From: Eremomyces bilateralis CBS 781.70
Taxonomy: Eukaryota
Direction: 5' to 3' (one strand)
DNA: 47,645 nt
NCBI GenBank assembly: GCA_010015585.1
Contig: ML975161.1
Part shown: in pieces, positions 1 to 12,111 of the stretch
Layout of the letters: each line of letters begins with the position of its first letter
Numbering within the stretch: the first letter of the stretch is position 1
Made by a program: the position numbers and the translations under genes
The notes under the pieces: model-generated
Told to the model about the DNA's origin: nothing
The model's input: the letters and a program-made list of their open reading frames with translations, nothing else
Database searches by the model: none

Positions 1-2480
1 GATGTCAAATGTCCCGAGCCGCGCAAGCACGGCTAGCCCATAATAGAGGAAGACAGGTGACGAATCAAAGACTTATAGTAATTCATTAGCTTAGGATGAC
101 CAGTCAATTTATTCAGAATTTTGGCGAGACCCCAATCCAACGCGAAGACACTGGTATCAAAACCCCCATAGGAGCACCTTCTGAGTACTGGGACCGCGGG
201 GATCATCTCGAGGAGCGAACAACATCCGCACTCTTCCGAGTTGCGCTTCGCCTGGCGCCGTGAGGCACGCGGGTGCGAAGGGTCGATTGGTGGTCCACTC
301 CAGCCCAACCGACGAAGCAGCTTCAACGAGGGATTCTGCATGTTTCGACGCAGGTGGATCAAACCACCCTTTTTACGCAGTCAGAAAGAACAGATGCCTC
401 TAAATCATAAAACTTTGGTGGAGACTCTGCTCGACGAGGGACGATAGGCAATGAATTTTAGACAGCCGATCCTAATCGGCTGATGAGATTCCTGAAGCCC
501 AATCCGCTCGAAGGCCTGGATCTCTCAAACTTTGAGAGCTTTTGAGAACCTTCGCCAGGTGGGGGCAAGGAAGTTCATGTTTGTCGATGCATAGTCCCAC
601 CATTGGAAGAATTCTCGAATGCAAGTACCTTCATCGGGCCTCCAGCCGCCCACGAAGTTGATGTTTGTCGTGTCGTCACTGGGGCCCTGTATCCAGTATT
701 GTCCTCTAGGAGGAACTTGTGGTTTGAGAAATCGAGATCAATGTTGCCCGAGAGTACTGCCTCTTTTAGAACCAACATTTATGACCCAACAATAGGTATT
801 GAGAACAGATTGAGATCGGTCGGTACAGAAGTTGCGGAGCATTGCTTCTTGTGGTGACAATATTGTGATCCAAAGGGCGATCTGTTATTGCAATCACTGC
901 CGGTGTAGAACTTGCGTTGAGAGGTTCCTTTCCGACAATTTGTGATCCAACGGGAAGTATGCATCTGTCCTCGGAATCACTGCCGATGCGGAACTTTCAT
1001 TGAGAGGTTCCTGCCCGACAATTCGTGATCCAACGAAGTATTTGTGTTCGGAAGTTGTGATTGTTGCAGTCACAATGTTGTGTGACCGAAGACGACCACG
1101 GAGCCTTCCCAGCATTGACTTGCAACGTGAACAGCTGACCTCGACAATCCGTGTCGGTACAGAGCTGGCCGCTCCAGGCCTGATCCGGCGACATCCTGTC
1201 AGGTACTGTGCATCACGCAGCAGTGCAACACTTCGAGGCTGGACAGCTTCTTCCAAGCCAGTCCGTCATGAGCAAAGGGAGACCTCATCATAAGGCAGTA
1301 GCACAGCCAAGTCGGGTCTCGGCAAAACCCCGACAGCCAGCCAAAGCCAAACTTCCAGTCAACATTCACACAAGAGAACTGGACAAGAGGGAGCGCCCTC
1401 AGATCGCCTTGCCAAAGTTCCCTATTTCTAAGTCTCATTGGAAGGATTGATCTGTGCAACCCCGTCACAAACACCGACGACGAGTCTCTTGATGCGATAC
1501 GCAACCAGGGTAGAATGTCATGACACTCTCGGTGGACAGGCAACACGGAGATACCGTGATGACAGGGCTTCCAATATGCGCAATCAAGTCTCTCAAAGTC
1601 GGTGAAAGTGAGGTGGAGGAGGGAATGCCTGAAGTTGGAGGAATGGGAGGGGAACGTGTATTTAAAGGTGTGGTATGTGTCACATGCGCCACCTCTCCGG
1701 ACCACTCAGAAGCCAGAACCCGACTCCGCCCTTAAGATCGCGTTGGCATCTGTCCACATGACACGTCAGTATCTCCGATCTCGCCAACCTGAACTCTCCA
1801 CTCCTCCCAGCCACCTGAATACCTGAATCCTGATTGAACGATTAAAATGAGTAAACAGGCGACTCATGTGCTTATCGTTAGTGTGATGAGTTGGTAAAAG
1901 CTACTGGATTGCACCTGAGAAACCTGGAGAGTGGAGAGAACCTCAGCCAAGCCGTGCGGCTCGCATATCCATATCGGAGTAGGTATCCCGAGTTCCCGGG
2001 ATCATTATCAAAGCCTTGGATTTTATTGCATGGAAATGCGTGTTTTAAAACCAGTTTGACATGTCATACCATGAAGCTCTAGATTCTAATTCCGATACTG
2101 TGGCCAGTGGTACTGAGTACAGTTCAGAAACACCAACATGGCCCGGCTTTACACCGGAATTTATTGCGCCGTTTATCCAGCTAATAAAACGTGTTGGTGT
2201 TGGTTAACTGCAGTGTGTAAACTGTAATGCGATGCAGAGAGCATGGTCCGCCGTTTCCTCTCTGGGCATTCTTGATTCTTGGCCAAAGACATGGTTCCCA
2301 AAAAGCGCCGACCCCGCCCCATCGATTTGCATCTAGAGCAGTTTCACCGACCTCCAGTGACTTGAGCCTTTTGAAAACTGCCTGACGAGGACTTTTATCA
2401 ACTGGCATAGGATGGAAATTCGGTATAGTTAGCCTTCGGTCAGACTAAGACACATTAGATCCTAGGTCAGGCCAAGACGC

Positions 2481-4678
2481 ATGAAGTCTGAATTTAAAAC
2501 TAACAAGATACAGGTCCAAACGATGCCTCGATTGCCCGGTCTCGTGCAAGAATCAAAAATAATTACAGACATTCGCGATTCTTTAATTGTCCATACATTT
2601 CCCGATACTAACGAAGCGGGCAGACGATCGTCTCGAAAAGAATGCTGGAAGCCGGAAAAACGCCTTGGGCGTGGACGATCTGGGCAGGTACAACTACAAA
2701 GATGCACTACGGGAGGCACACAACAGGATGCTCTACGAGCAGTAAAGATCATCGAAAAGGGATCGAATCAGAATTTCAATAGGGAGTTAGAAACGATAGC
2801 AAAATTCTCTAACTATCGAGTAAGTCGCATCTAGAGAGACCTAGACGCTAGCTAACTAACCTTTATATTAACTTAGTATGAACAGTGGTTTGTAAAATCA
2901 TTTGGATGGTATGAAGATGCGAACTCGATATTCATTACAATGGAATATTGCCGTTACGGCGATCTTCATTCCTACCTTAAGAAGCAACGTCGTCTACCTG
3001 TTCTAGAAGTCCAGCAATTGATATGTCAAGTACTTGAAGGTCTTGATCAAATGCACCAAAATGATTTCACTCATGGGGATCTAAATCCATCAGTAAGCGC
3101 GATCTAGTCAGCAAGCGACGGATCATTTTCTAACATTAGTAGAATATTCTCATTAAGTTGATGCCACCAGAGGAGAGTTGGTGGATTGTGCTTACCGATT
3201 TTGCTATCAGCAAACGAGCGAACGAAGATAATAGCCCTACAACAGCGATTAAAGGCACAGTAGGATTTATAGCGCCGGAATTGCTAGGCTTTCCGAGTCT
3301 TCCTAGACCTAAAGAAACCTCCGGCTTTAGAGCAGCAGATTTATGGGCTCTTGGTGAGATTGCCTTTATAATGCTTACTAGCGAAGCAACGTTCCCATCC
3401 CAGTGGCACCTAGGGCGATACTGTCAAGGACAGCAGAGATTCCCGTCCGATCGACTTTCGCCATTCGCTGGAGACGATGGCATAGATTTCATCAGCAGCC
3501 TCATGGAGATACATCCAGAGAATCGAATAGATACCACCCAATGCCTCGAACATAGCTGGATAAAGCCGCAGCGTGTAAATCTGGAAGAAGAGATTTCTGG
3601 ACTGGGCTTAGGACAAGATAGCTCAAGTTACTCGGCTAGCTTGACAAACGTATCACATCCGGACTGTATTCTAGAAACAGTTCAACGAAGCCCGGCAAAG
3701 TCGTCAGACTTGTACCAAAGAGGTTCAAGGCAGCCCCAACTTGAGCGGATTTGCAGCAATCCATCAACCTCTAGGACTGGCAAGGAATCGTTATTCCTAC
3801 CGGGAGCGGCACCGAAAACGCTCGAGGGGCATACGGGTTACGTCGACGCCATTGCCTTTTCGCCGGATGGCAAGATACTGGCGTCGGCATCGAGGGACCA
3901 TACCGTCAGGCTATGGGACGTCCCGTCGGGAGCGGCGCTAGAGACGCTCGAGTGCCATACAAATGACGTCTACGCCGTGGCCTTCTCCCTAGACGGTAAG
4001 AGGCTGGCGTCGGCATCGGGTGACCATACCGTCAGGCTATGGGACGGCCAGTCGGGAGCGGCACTAAAGATGCTCGGGGGCCATACATATTTCGTCTACG
4101 CCGTGGCCTTCTCGCCGGACGGCAAGGTACTGGCGTCGGCATCAGGGGACGATACTGTCAGACTGTGGAACGGCCAGTGGGGAGCAGCGCTAAAGACGCT
4201 TGCGGGCCATTCAAATGCCGTCGACGCCGTGGTCTTCTCGCCGGACGGTAAGACGCTGGCATCGGCATCGTGGGACCATAGCGTCAGGCTGTGGAACGGC
4301 CAGTCAGGAGCGGCGCTAAAGACGCTCACCGGACATACAAATTTCGTCTACGCCGTGGCCTTCTCGCCGGACGGCAAGACGCTGGCGTCGGCATCGGGGG
4401 ACTACACCGTCAGGCTGTGGGACGCCCGGTCGGGAGCGGCGCTAAAGACGCTTGCGGGCCATTCAAATGCCGTCAACGCCGTGGTCTTCTCGCCGGACGG
4501 CAAGACGCTGGCGTCGGCATCGGGTGACCATACCGTTAGGCTATGGGACGGCCGGTCGGGAGCGGCGCTAAAGACGCTTAAGAGACATACAAATGATGTC
4601 TACGCCGTAGCCTTCTCGCCGGAGGGCAAGACGCTCGCGTCGGCATCGTGGGATAAAACCGTCAGGCTTTGGACATAA
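2481..4678 (+). CDS. Ser/Thr kinase-like domain fused to a 7-repeat WD40 propeller (3 exons)
   Basis: Introns 2820-2876 and 3093-3142 (GTAAG..CTAAC..AG) join the ORFs in frame. Kinase motifs: LGRGRSGQV, RAVKII, RELETIAKFS, MEYC..GDL, HGDLNPSN, DFA, GTVGFIAPE, DLWALG. The C-terminus has 7 x 42-aa GH..WD repeats. Start could be ATG 2481 or 2523. Confidence 0.88.
3802..4675 (+). repeat. Seven tandem 126-bp WD40-coding repeats with high nucleotide identity
   Basis: Unit GAALKTLxGHxxxVxAVAFSPDGKTLASASxDxTVRLW. DNA motifs such as ttctcgccggacggcaag and ggcgtcggcatcg recur every 126 bp. The array is GC-richer than the kinase part. Confidence 0.95.
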
Positions 4679-5115
4679 TTGGCCCCTGGAGCAATTCCAT
4701 GTAGTTCTATCCACAGTACTCAAATACACAGCGAAGACGAGTGATCAGCGGTATATTGAAGCAGAGGAGGGCCAGGAAAGGCCTCACAAGTATCTCTTCT
4801 CCTACGGACATTTTACCATGCGGGCATTCGAATGTCCATTTCTGACCTCACCAATATCAGCGTATCTGTTTTCTAACCTGGTTTTTCCCTGCGTACTTTT
4901 CCCCTGCGGACATTCGAAAGTCCACTACCTCACCGATATCAGCGTGTCTGTTTTCGGACTCCTATTTTCCCCTGCGGATTACCTACCGTGCGGAACATTC
5001 GAGAGTCCATTTCCGGACAAGCAGGAAGAAGATGAATAGGAAAATGTGCCGGCTATAGATTATAAGGCCACTCAATCCATACTCCCCTGTATCGCCGCCA
5101 AAGTTGAAGTAAAGT

Positions 5116-5360
5116 CCTGCCACCATTGGCATGGTCGGCATGGGCGCACAAGGTGTACGGTACCGTGTAACCGATATCCAGACAGGCGACAAACTCATTG
5201 CGATATAGACCACCCGCTTCCCATTAATTCTCCGGCCAGCAAACGATGAGAAATATCACGAGATCTTTGGGTCCGTGAATGTCCGCGGATTTAACTTGAA
5301 GGATATGGTGAAGTAGAAGGATCACGAAATGCCTCAGAGGAAAGCTTTCTATATCTGTGG
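5116..5360 (+). pseudogene. Remnant resembling the C-terminal region of HET-6-like heterokaryon incompatibility proteins
   Basis: Reads GMVGMG..DIQTGDKLIAI*TTRFPLILRPANDEKYHEIFGSVNVRG, matching the G.hGh...GD.h....PhhLR....Y.hhG..YV.G pattern as I recall it. Two in-frame TAG stops and no HET domain upstream. Confidence 0.45.
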
Positions 5361-5584
5361 ATTCTCGCTGGAATAGAGGAAAGGAAGCCACAAAGCCCAA
5401 TCCGGATGCGATTGCGTCTTCAGAAGTGGTCCTTGGCGGGATCTTGTGATACTTTGTTCACACGCGAGGGGGAAAAGACATGTGATTTCACCCAGTGATG
5501 TACCATATTGGGTTTGATATACAAGCGGCAATGCAGTCTTGATTCAAATGCTTGTCTATGCTACTACTACGAAAACACTGGTTT

Positions 5585-6079
5585 CTAGAGTCGACTGGCA
5601 AAGCCCGCAACGGGCTTTGTGAACATGACTTGCAATGGCGCTGCCAAGAGCCCTTCCTCCTTCAATCTCTTCGAGAAAGCCTTGAATTGAGGGCTGCCAC
5701 CGTGAATGCCGAGAGCAGCTTTGTTCTTATATCTGTTGCAGAGCATCAGTCACACCTCTTGGCCCTTGCCTGGGTTTGGAGCGGAGTTACGAAGGGCTCA
5801 AAGGTTGACATACCTCTCAAGCAAGATCAATTGTGGTGCATCTCCCTTAGTCTCGCGCTGAAGGTGATACCGCAGCGTGCCGGACTCGTTGGCTTCGACG
5901 TACTCAGTGACGCCGGCGAGGAGCTCGATGACCTGATATGTCAAGTTAATGATGGGTCATTTAAGGTGTGTTTCAGATTGCCCTCGACGATATATCATCG
6001 AGTCTCTAAATAAACATACTCTGTCCGCCTTGCCGGGCTTGGGCTTGAGAATCGCAATGATGTCAAACGTTTCCGACAT
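5585..6079 (-). CDS. Small antibiotic-biosynthesis-monooxygenase (ABM/Dabb) family protein, 3 exons
   Basis: Exons 6079-6020, 5932-5814 and 5732-5585 (GTATGT..CAG introns) give MSETFDIIAILKPKPGKADRVIELLAGVTEYVEANESGTLRYHL..LLERYKNKAALGIHGGSPQFKAF..SRL*. Confidence 0.85.
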
Positions 6080-7214
6080 ACCGCTAGTTGGCTTGCAGGA
6101 CGTAATCGGTTCTGAGTTATAATCTGCGAATACGCTTTCAGCGGTAGTCACATGAAGATTCTTAAATGGTTATTGTAAGGGTCTCACTGTAGGGTATCTC
6201 CAATCGTGAGGCAAACGTAGAATTATTGCTGTGAAGGAGGAATCTATCTAAGGTTTGTAAGGCGTTATGTGTCTTGCGGAGCAAACAGGCCTGTATCATA
6301 GTATATCCCCCCGCTAATCTCAGAAATGTGCCGAGGTTGAACACACAACTCTCATCCTCTCACGGCAACGTCTATAGAAAATGTGGCATGTTATACCTTA
6401 CGGGCATCGGGCACCTGCTCGACTCTATTTCTCATATCCATTCCGTCGACACTTATAAGTATCCTACATCTGTGAAAGTTCCATCCAGTCAGAAGTAGGA
6501 ACAGCACGACAGGAGTCTCGTGCAGGTATGTACACGCATTGCCAAGGATGGTGGGCCGAGCCGCAAGCCGAGTAGACCCACTAGACAAGTCTCTGGGAGA
6601 CTCCACCGCAACGTCCCTCGAGTCCTCGACTGCATGAACTGATCCAAATATCCAATGCTTCCTCTTCACAAACAATTAGCGGGGGGCATTCTAACACCTT
6701 CGCAAGGTCTGTCAGCTCCGTTTGTCGCTGCTATACGTGAAGGCATTTCATGTATATCAGATGGTAGACTCGACCCCTTATAGTTTGGTGGTTTAATCAA
6801 ACACTTAAGTTAACTTAGTTATCCATCTACCTACCAGTCAGCTTAGTAGCCTATTTTCACGAGCGTAGCGAGTAATTTAAGTCGTATTGCTTCCGTGATT
6901 GATCAACACGCCTAAAAGATCAACAACTTGCGACAATGTTCGAGCAGATGTAGAGCTGCATATTGCGCCATGATCGTTGTGCTGAAAGGGCAGATGTGTA
7001 GAATAGGTAAATTTTTGATCAACTGGGGCCGAATCAATGAGGTGCGCTAACAGCGACATATTTAGTCAGTGTGACACGTGATTGAAGTGTACTACGGAAT
7101 TCCATAGTCAGTTTGTCCCTTCTCCGATACACACCGCGAATGGGAGACGGCAAGAAAATTGTCTTCTCCGCCATTATACTGCGAGATAAAGCACTGCAGT
7201 CTTATTCCGCCAAA

Positions 7215-8951
7215 ATGGAGCAGCTGCTGAGCCGGCGGAGCGCACTACATTGTCCCGTCTGTAAAAAGCTCTACACCAACGCTACCAACTGTAAGAGATT
7301 ACTGAGGAAGCCACTTGACCCGGGCTAACACCATGAAGCACGATCCAAGAGCAAACACATCTCATACTGCCGCAAGAAACACAAGTCAGGCCCTCTACCT
7401 AGAAAGAAAGCGTGTGATAAATGTGTGCAGTCTAAGGTCCGCTGCAGCTTAGATCCTGGAGGTTGCTCTCGATGCGCTTCAAGAGGCGTCTCATGCACTT
7501 ATCAAGGCACCTTGAACGGCCCAAATAGTGCCAACTTGGCCTTTGAAGCAAATGGTGGTAGCCGTATGCAAACGGCCTCCTTGCAGCTCACCGACGTAAC
7601 CCCGTTGAATTTCCCCCCCCAGTCTTCGAATGACTTGAGGCCCGGTCTCGACAGTCCTTCTGTCGAGGTGGAAGAGACATACAGAGACATCAATTTTTCT
7701 CTTACTAATTTTACTTCGAAGAACGACATATTCACACCTGCGTGGCCATACGTGCCTGACTTAGCGACTGACTCTGGTGAGGGTTATCCTCTCGGATCTC
7801 ATGTCGACGCCTCTATCATCAGCGGCGAGTTACAGTCTGCGTCCAATGTTATAGCCATCTCAGAGCAGTTGCTTCAGCCATCATCTTCGATTCCAGCATC
7901 ACTAGCCTATCGAGATCCTTCCTCATTGTTTGAACGGCGCAAGTTCTCAGAGCCAGAGTTTGAGCTTACTGGCGACCTTGCCCTGCACATCCTTCATTCC
8001 TACCCATATATGATAGCCAACCAGGATTCTGTTCCTCCTTTCATCCACCCGAAATATCAGTATTTGTCTGAAAATGACACGACAAGTCCAAGTCCTCTTA
8101 AAGCTGCCCTTAATCTAGCGAAGATGCTGCTGCAAGGCCGACGGATGAATAAGAGCTTGATTTGGGGGCTGGTTCGGATCGAACAGGAGCGACTTCTCAT
8201 CGAGGTATGTACTGAACCCCTCAATCCGTGTTAGCAATTACTGGAAACCAGGTTATTAACCAGAATCATCGCAAATAGCACTCCAGCTTTAGCAAGTGGG
8301 AGGTTCTGGAGGCGTTGCAATCTCTCGTCGTCTATATCCTCCTGAGGATTATTGAGGGACGCCATGACTATACCAACTTTGATACCCAGCTTCTAGCTTC
8401 AATTAATGTGAGCAGACATGGTCCAGGCCCCAAAGAACGCCCAGCGTACTCACGAAGAGAAATGTGAAGGCAATATGCAAGCATATCACCACAAACTATG
8501 GCAGCCTCATCGGCTTTGATGAAATGTCAGGTCGAATGATCCCGTGGAAGGACTGGGTATTCTTCGAATCGCGCCGTCGGTAAGTGTTTGTGCCCAACGA
8601 ACATCTCAGAGTTAGGCGGACCCAGCTGACACCATTTCATAAAGAACTTCAACTACCGTACTCATCATAAACAGCATTATTCACGCACAAGTCACCACAT
8701 CGCCTCAAGCCATGCCCGAGTATTCCTGCTCGCCTGCACCGTCCCCTATGACGCTATGGCGTGCAGAGAACGAATTGGACTGGGTAATCGACTATGCAGA
8801 GTACCTACATAAAAATTCCAGCCATGGTATGCTCAGAAACGGCGACCTTGTGGAGTTGAAGGAAGCAGCCGGACAGCAGCACGACAGGTGGTATGCTTAT
8901 GCCGATTCGTTTGGCCTTCTGGTTACGTTGGTCGCAAACATGACCAATTAA
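7215..8951 (+). CDS. C2H2-like + Zn(II)2Cys6 fungal transcription factor (multi-exon)
   Basis: CPVCKKLY..KHISYC followed by RKKACDKCVQSKVRCSLDPGGCSRCASRGVSCTY after intron 7291-7338. Middle-region motifs PPFIHP, WKDWVFFESRRR and PAPSPMTLWRA. Further GT-AG introns between ~8205 and 8645. Confidence 0.88.
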
Positions 8952-9382
8952 AGAGGCAATTTTGCTGTGTAATGCAAAAAGTCCGATTGCTTGTCATAGT
9001 TATAGAACAGTTGGACTAGAGTGCGGAGACAGTGCGATTGAAGATATTATCATTGCGATACGCGCTGACCAAACATGGGTACTTGCGAAACCAAGGCTAA
9101 TTTGCAGAGAGAAAGGGAATCGATCAGTAATATCGGGATATGGCGATTGGATTGTCCCGAGATATGTTAATTTTGCCTTTCGGGGTTTGCAGCAAATGTC
9201 TTCGGAGATGTCCTACGGAGCATATGGGTATGATTTGTCTCGCGGGACTAGTAGATCGAGAGTGGCTTCACCAAAAGAAAAAGTATTTAAAAGGCAGCGT
9301 TAGTCAATAACTATGTCTACCAATACTCTACTTGTTCAGCTACATCAGTGGTATTCAACAAACTATTCAACCTCTCGTAGAC

Positions 9383-10398
9383 ATGTCCACGTCTTCGTTT
9401 TTCCCGTCTGTTACCAAACTATCGCATAACGAATCATACCCCGCCATATCACCATCACGTCCTGAGCTCTTAGTGAAAGGCAAGGCTGTTGTCATCACCG
9501 GCGGTGGCAGTGGCATCGGTGCTAGTATCGCAAAAGCCTTTGCAGCAGGCGGAAGCACTAAGATAGCTATTATCGGCCGGACTGAGACGAAACTTCTCGC
9601 GACCAAACATGCCACCGAAGAGGAATACCAAGATACCGAAGTTCTGGCCGTGTCTGCCGATATCACCAACGCGAAACAGGTCGATGACGCCTTCCTTAAG
9701 ATCAGCCAAACCTTTGGCAAGATCGATGTCTTGGTCTGTAACTCTGCGTCCATGCCAATTCCTCACCCTATACTCAGCCCAGATTTCGATGTGCAGGACT
9801 GGTGGTCCACATTCAACACCAATATTCTAGGATCACTATACACAGTTAAAGGATTTGCCAGATATGCAGCAGAAGGAGCACATATTCTCAACATCTCAAC
9901 TTGTGTTGGCCACATGCCGCCGCTGGAAGCTGGTGTGTCTGCCTATGCTGCAAGTAAGGCCGGTGCAGCAAAGTTATTCGACTACATAACGTTCGAAAAT
10001 CCCGAGCTACACATTGTCAATGTTCACCCCGGCCTTGTTGATACCGACCTGAGTCGCAAGAGCGGCCATGGTGGCATGGATCACAGTTAGTCACCTCATA
10101 TCTCCTTACTACTTTGCTCGCTCCATTTCTCTCACTCTATTAAACTAGTCAAGCATTTTGGGATACTATAGAAGTCGAAACTGATAGCGCAGCAGTTGAT
10201 TTGTCTGGCCACTTCTGCTTATGGCTGGTTAGCTCCGAAGCCGACTTTCTCAGGGGCAAGTTCGTATGGGTGAACTGGGACGTAGATGAATTGAAGGCCA
10301 GAAAAGATGAAATTCTGAGCACCGATCTCCTGGATACGAAGCTCGGTGGAGTTTCCTTCGTAGGCTGGGATGGGTCCCAGAAGCTGGGAGAGCTCTGA
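9383..10398 (+). CDS. Short-chain dehydrogenase/reductase (SDR)
   Basis: TGGGSGIG NAD(P)-binding motif, YAASK catalytic motif, VHPG. Intron 10086-10195 joins the last exon (FLRGKFVWVNWDVDEL). Confidence 0.93.
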
Positions 10399-11049
10399 GC
10401 GCACTTGTTATTGTTTGATCCAAAGAACTGGGTAGCCTCTCAGCTATGGCTGTTCTGGCATAGATGGCACCTAATCAAGTGTATCTTCTAATTGAAGCCG
10501 TGCTGCCGCATTATTGTTGCGCCTTCTTTCACTAATATTGAGCAGCTATGGCTCTAAGCTTCGTCCCATCGTTATTAGTGCATGCAAGGCGTTTTTATAG
10601 ACGGTTACAGACATACTGTGAACATTAGGTTATAATTATCTCGCGAGAAATTCGTCAACTACTTATTTAGCCTAGATTCTTATCTACCCTACTATCTTAA
10701 GGCTGTAATATGATCTGTCTTATATTAGTAAAAGTCCATGGAAAAGTGAAGTGGTCGTTACTAGAAATGAGACTGAACCGTTAGGACTGATAGATTATTG
10801 TTCCGTTCTACAATTCTAGCTAGCCTCGAGGCACTAACTACTTTAATTCATATATCATGACTATAAGAACTTCCAATGAACCTGTACTATAAGTGGTAAA
10901 TGCTGAGACGGTTTGCCTACAATGCATGCACAGTGCTTAAGAGGCCGACGCCAACCTAATTACGTAACCATAATTAACTTCCAGGGGAACAGGCCAAGGG
11001 CCTGGAACCATAACAAATGCCAGTGCTTTTAGCCAAACCGCACTCTGCG

Positions 11050-12111
11050 TCAAAGCGCGATACTCTGGTTGCCATGGACAGTTTTCGTCCCTACTTGCTC
11101 TGCGATCTTGCTGTCCTGGTTGTTCCATGTGTTGGATACACCACTTGCTGCCTTGATCATGTCGTCCACCGTGCCTGCCTTCGCTACATCAGCCGGCACT
11201 ATCACCGACAGTAGCTCCTTCGCACACGCTGCTGCCGCTCCCGCCGCGTATGGCTGCCACTTCTTGTTCTTATGCGAATCGGCGTAGTCACAGATACCTC
11301 GGATGACAAGACATGGAAAGCTGTTCATCAGGCCTGCCGCCTCCATCTCAAAACAGAGCACTCCGCCAAATTCCTTACTCACAGTATCCCTCTCCGCAGC
11401 ATTCTTAATGACCTGATTGCCAGATGCAATTGTACCGTAGTAAATCACAAGGTCCTCGTTCGATCGTGGCTGTCGATCCACCTTCTTGTCTTGGCTGCAT
11501 GACTTGCATGTCGGCCCTTCCTCGTGATTGTACGCCGCTTCGAATAGGACGTCCTGTCCGGCGGCCTCGCGTGTGAACTCTGTAAGCCGGCGAAACTTGG
11601 AGACGTGTTCCGAGAGCTTAGTCTTCCGGCGGATTTGGTTGGCTCGCAGTCTGTTAACAGCGCCTAGTAGGAATACCGGTGGGGAATTGAGAAATCCCGT
11701 CCGTTGAAACCCGCTCGGAGTCGACTTCCCAAAGTCGTACTGTATCACTCCGCCGTAGCCTTGATGCGGCTGACTGATAACCACATCTCCCAGCCGGATG
11801 TCCGCTTCAGCACTTGGGACGCCGCCCCCGATGCCGACCATCAGGCCAAACCGTATCGACCTAAATGTTGCTCTCAACTGCGTCGCTACTGCCGCGGCGG
11901 GGTTGTTCCCTATTAGGCCTGCTGGGAGGCAGACGATAACAATATTATGTTCCCCTATGCGCCCGAGCGAGTACAGATTGTTGTCGTGCTCGTCCTGCTC
12001 AAGGTCTTCGTGCTCTTCGTCCAGCATTTCCTGTGCGGCAGCCAGTTCGACCGGCAGCGCGCACACCCATCCTACAGTGTATTCCTCGCGTTGAAGACGA
12101 CGGCACGCCAT
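11050..12111 (-). CDS. Stand-alone PNP_UDP (nucleoside phosphorylase-fold) protein of the fungal NLR-effector type, with a C-terminal N/Q/G tail
   Basis: Intact 353-aa ORF with YTVGWVCALPVELAAA, LMVGIGGGVP, DIRLGDVV, GTIASGN, FEMEAAG and IRGICDYADSHKNKKWQPYAA. Ends VSNTWNNQDSKIAEQVGTKTVHGNQSIAL with no NACHT or NB-ARC attached. Confidence 0.95.
   Translation of the reverse strand: MACRRLQREEYTVGWVCALPVELAAAQEMLDEEHEDLEQDEHDNNLYSLGRIGEHNIVIVCLPAGLIGNNPAAAVATQLRATFRSIRFGLMVGIGGGVPSAEADIRLGDVVISQPHQGYGGVIQYDFGKSTPSGFQRTGFLNSPPVFLLGAVNRLRANQIRRKTKLSEHVSKFRRLTEFTREAAGQDVLFEAAYNHEEGPTCKSCSQDKKVDRQPRSNEDLVIYYGTIASGNQVIKNAAERDTVSKEFGGVLCFEMEAAGLMNSFPCLVIRGICDYADSHKNKKWQPYAAGAAAACAKELLSVIVPADVAKAGTVDDMIKAASGVSNTWNNQDSKIAEQVGTKTVHGNQSIAL

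Noticed and set aside
1..1900. Many short ORFs and a two-copy ~60-bp repeat (892 and 975, period 83)
   Set aside because: No recognisable domain and frames broken by stops. Possibly a decayed gene, but not supportable.
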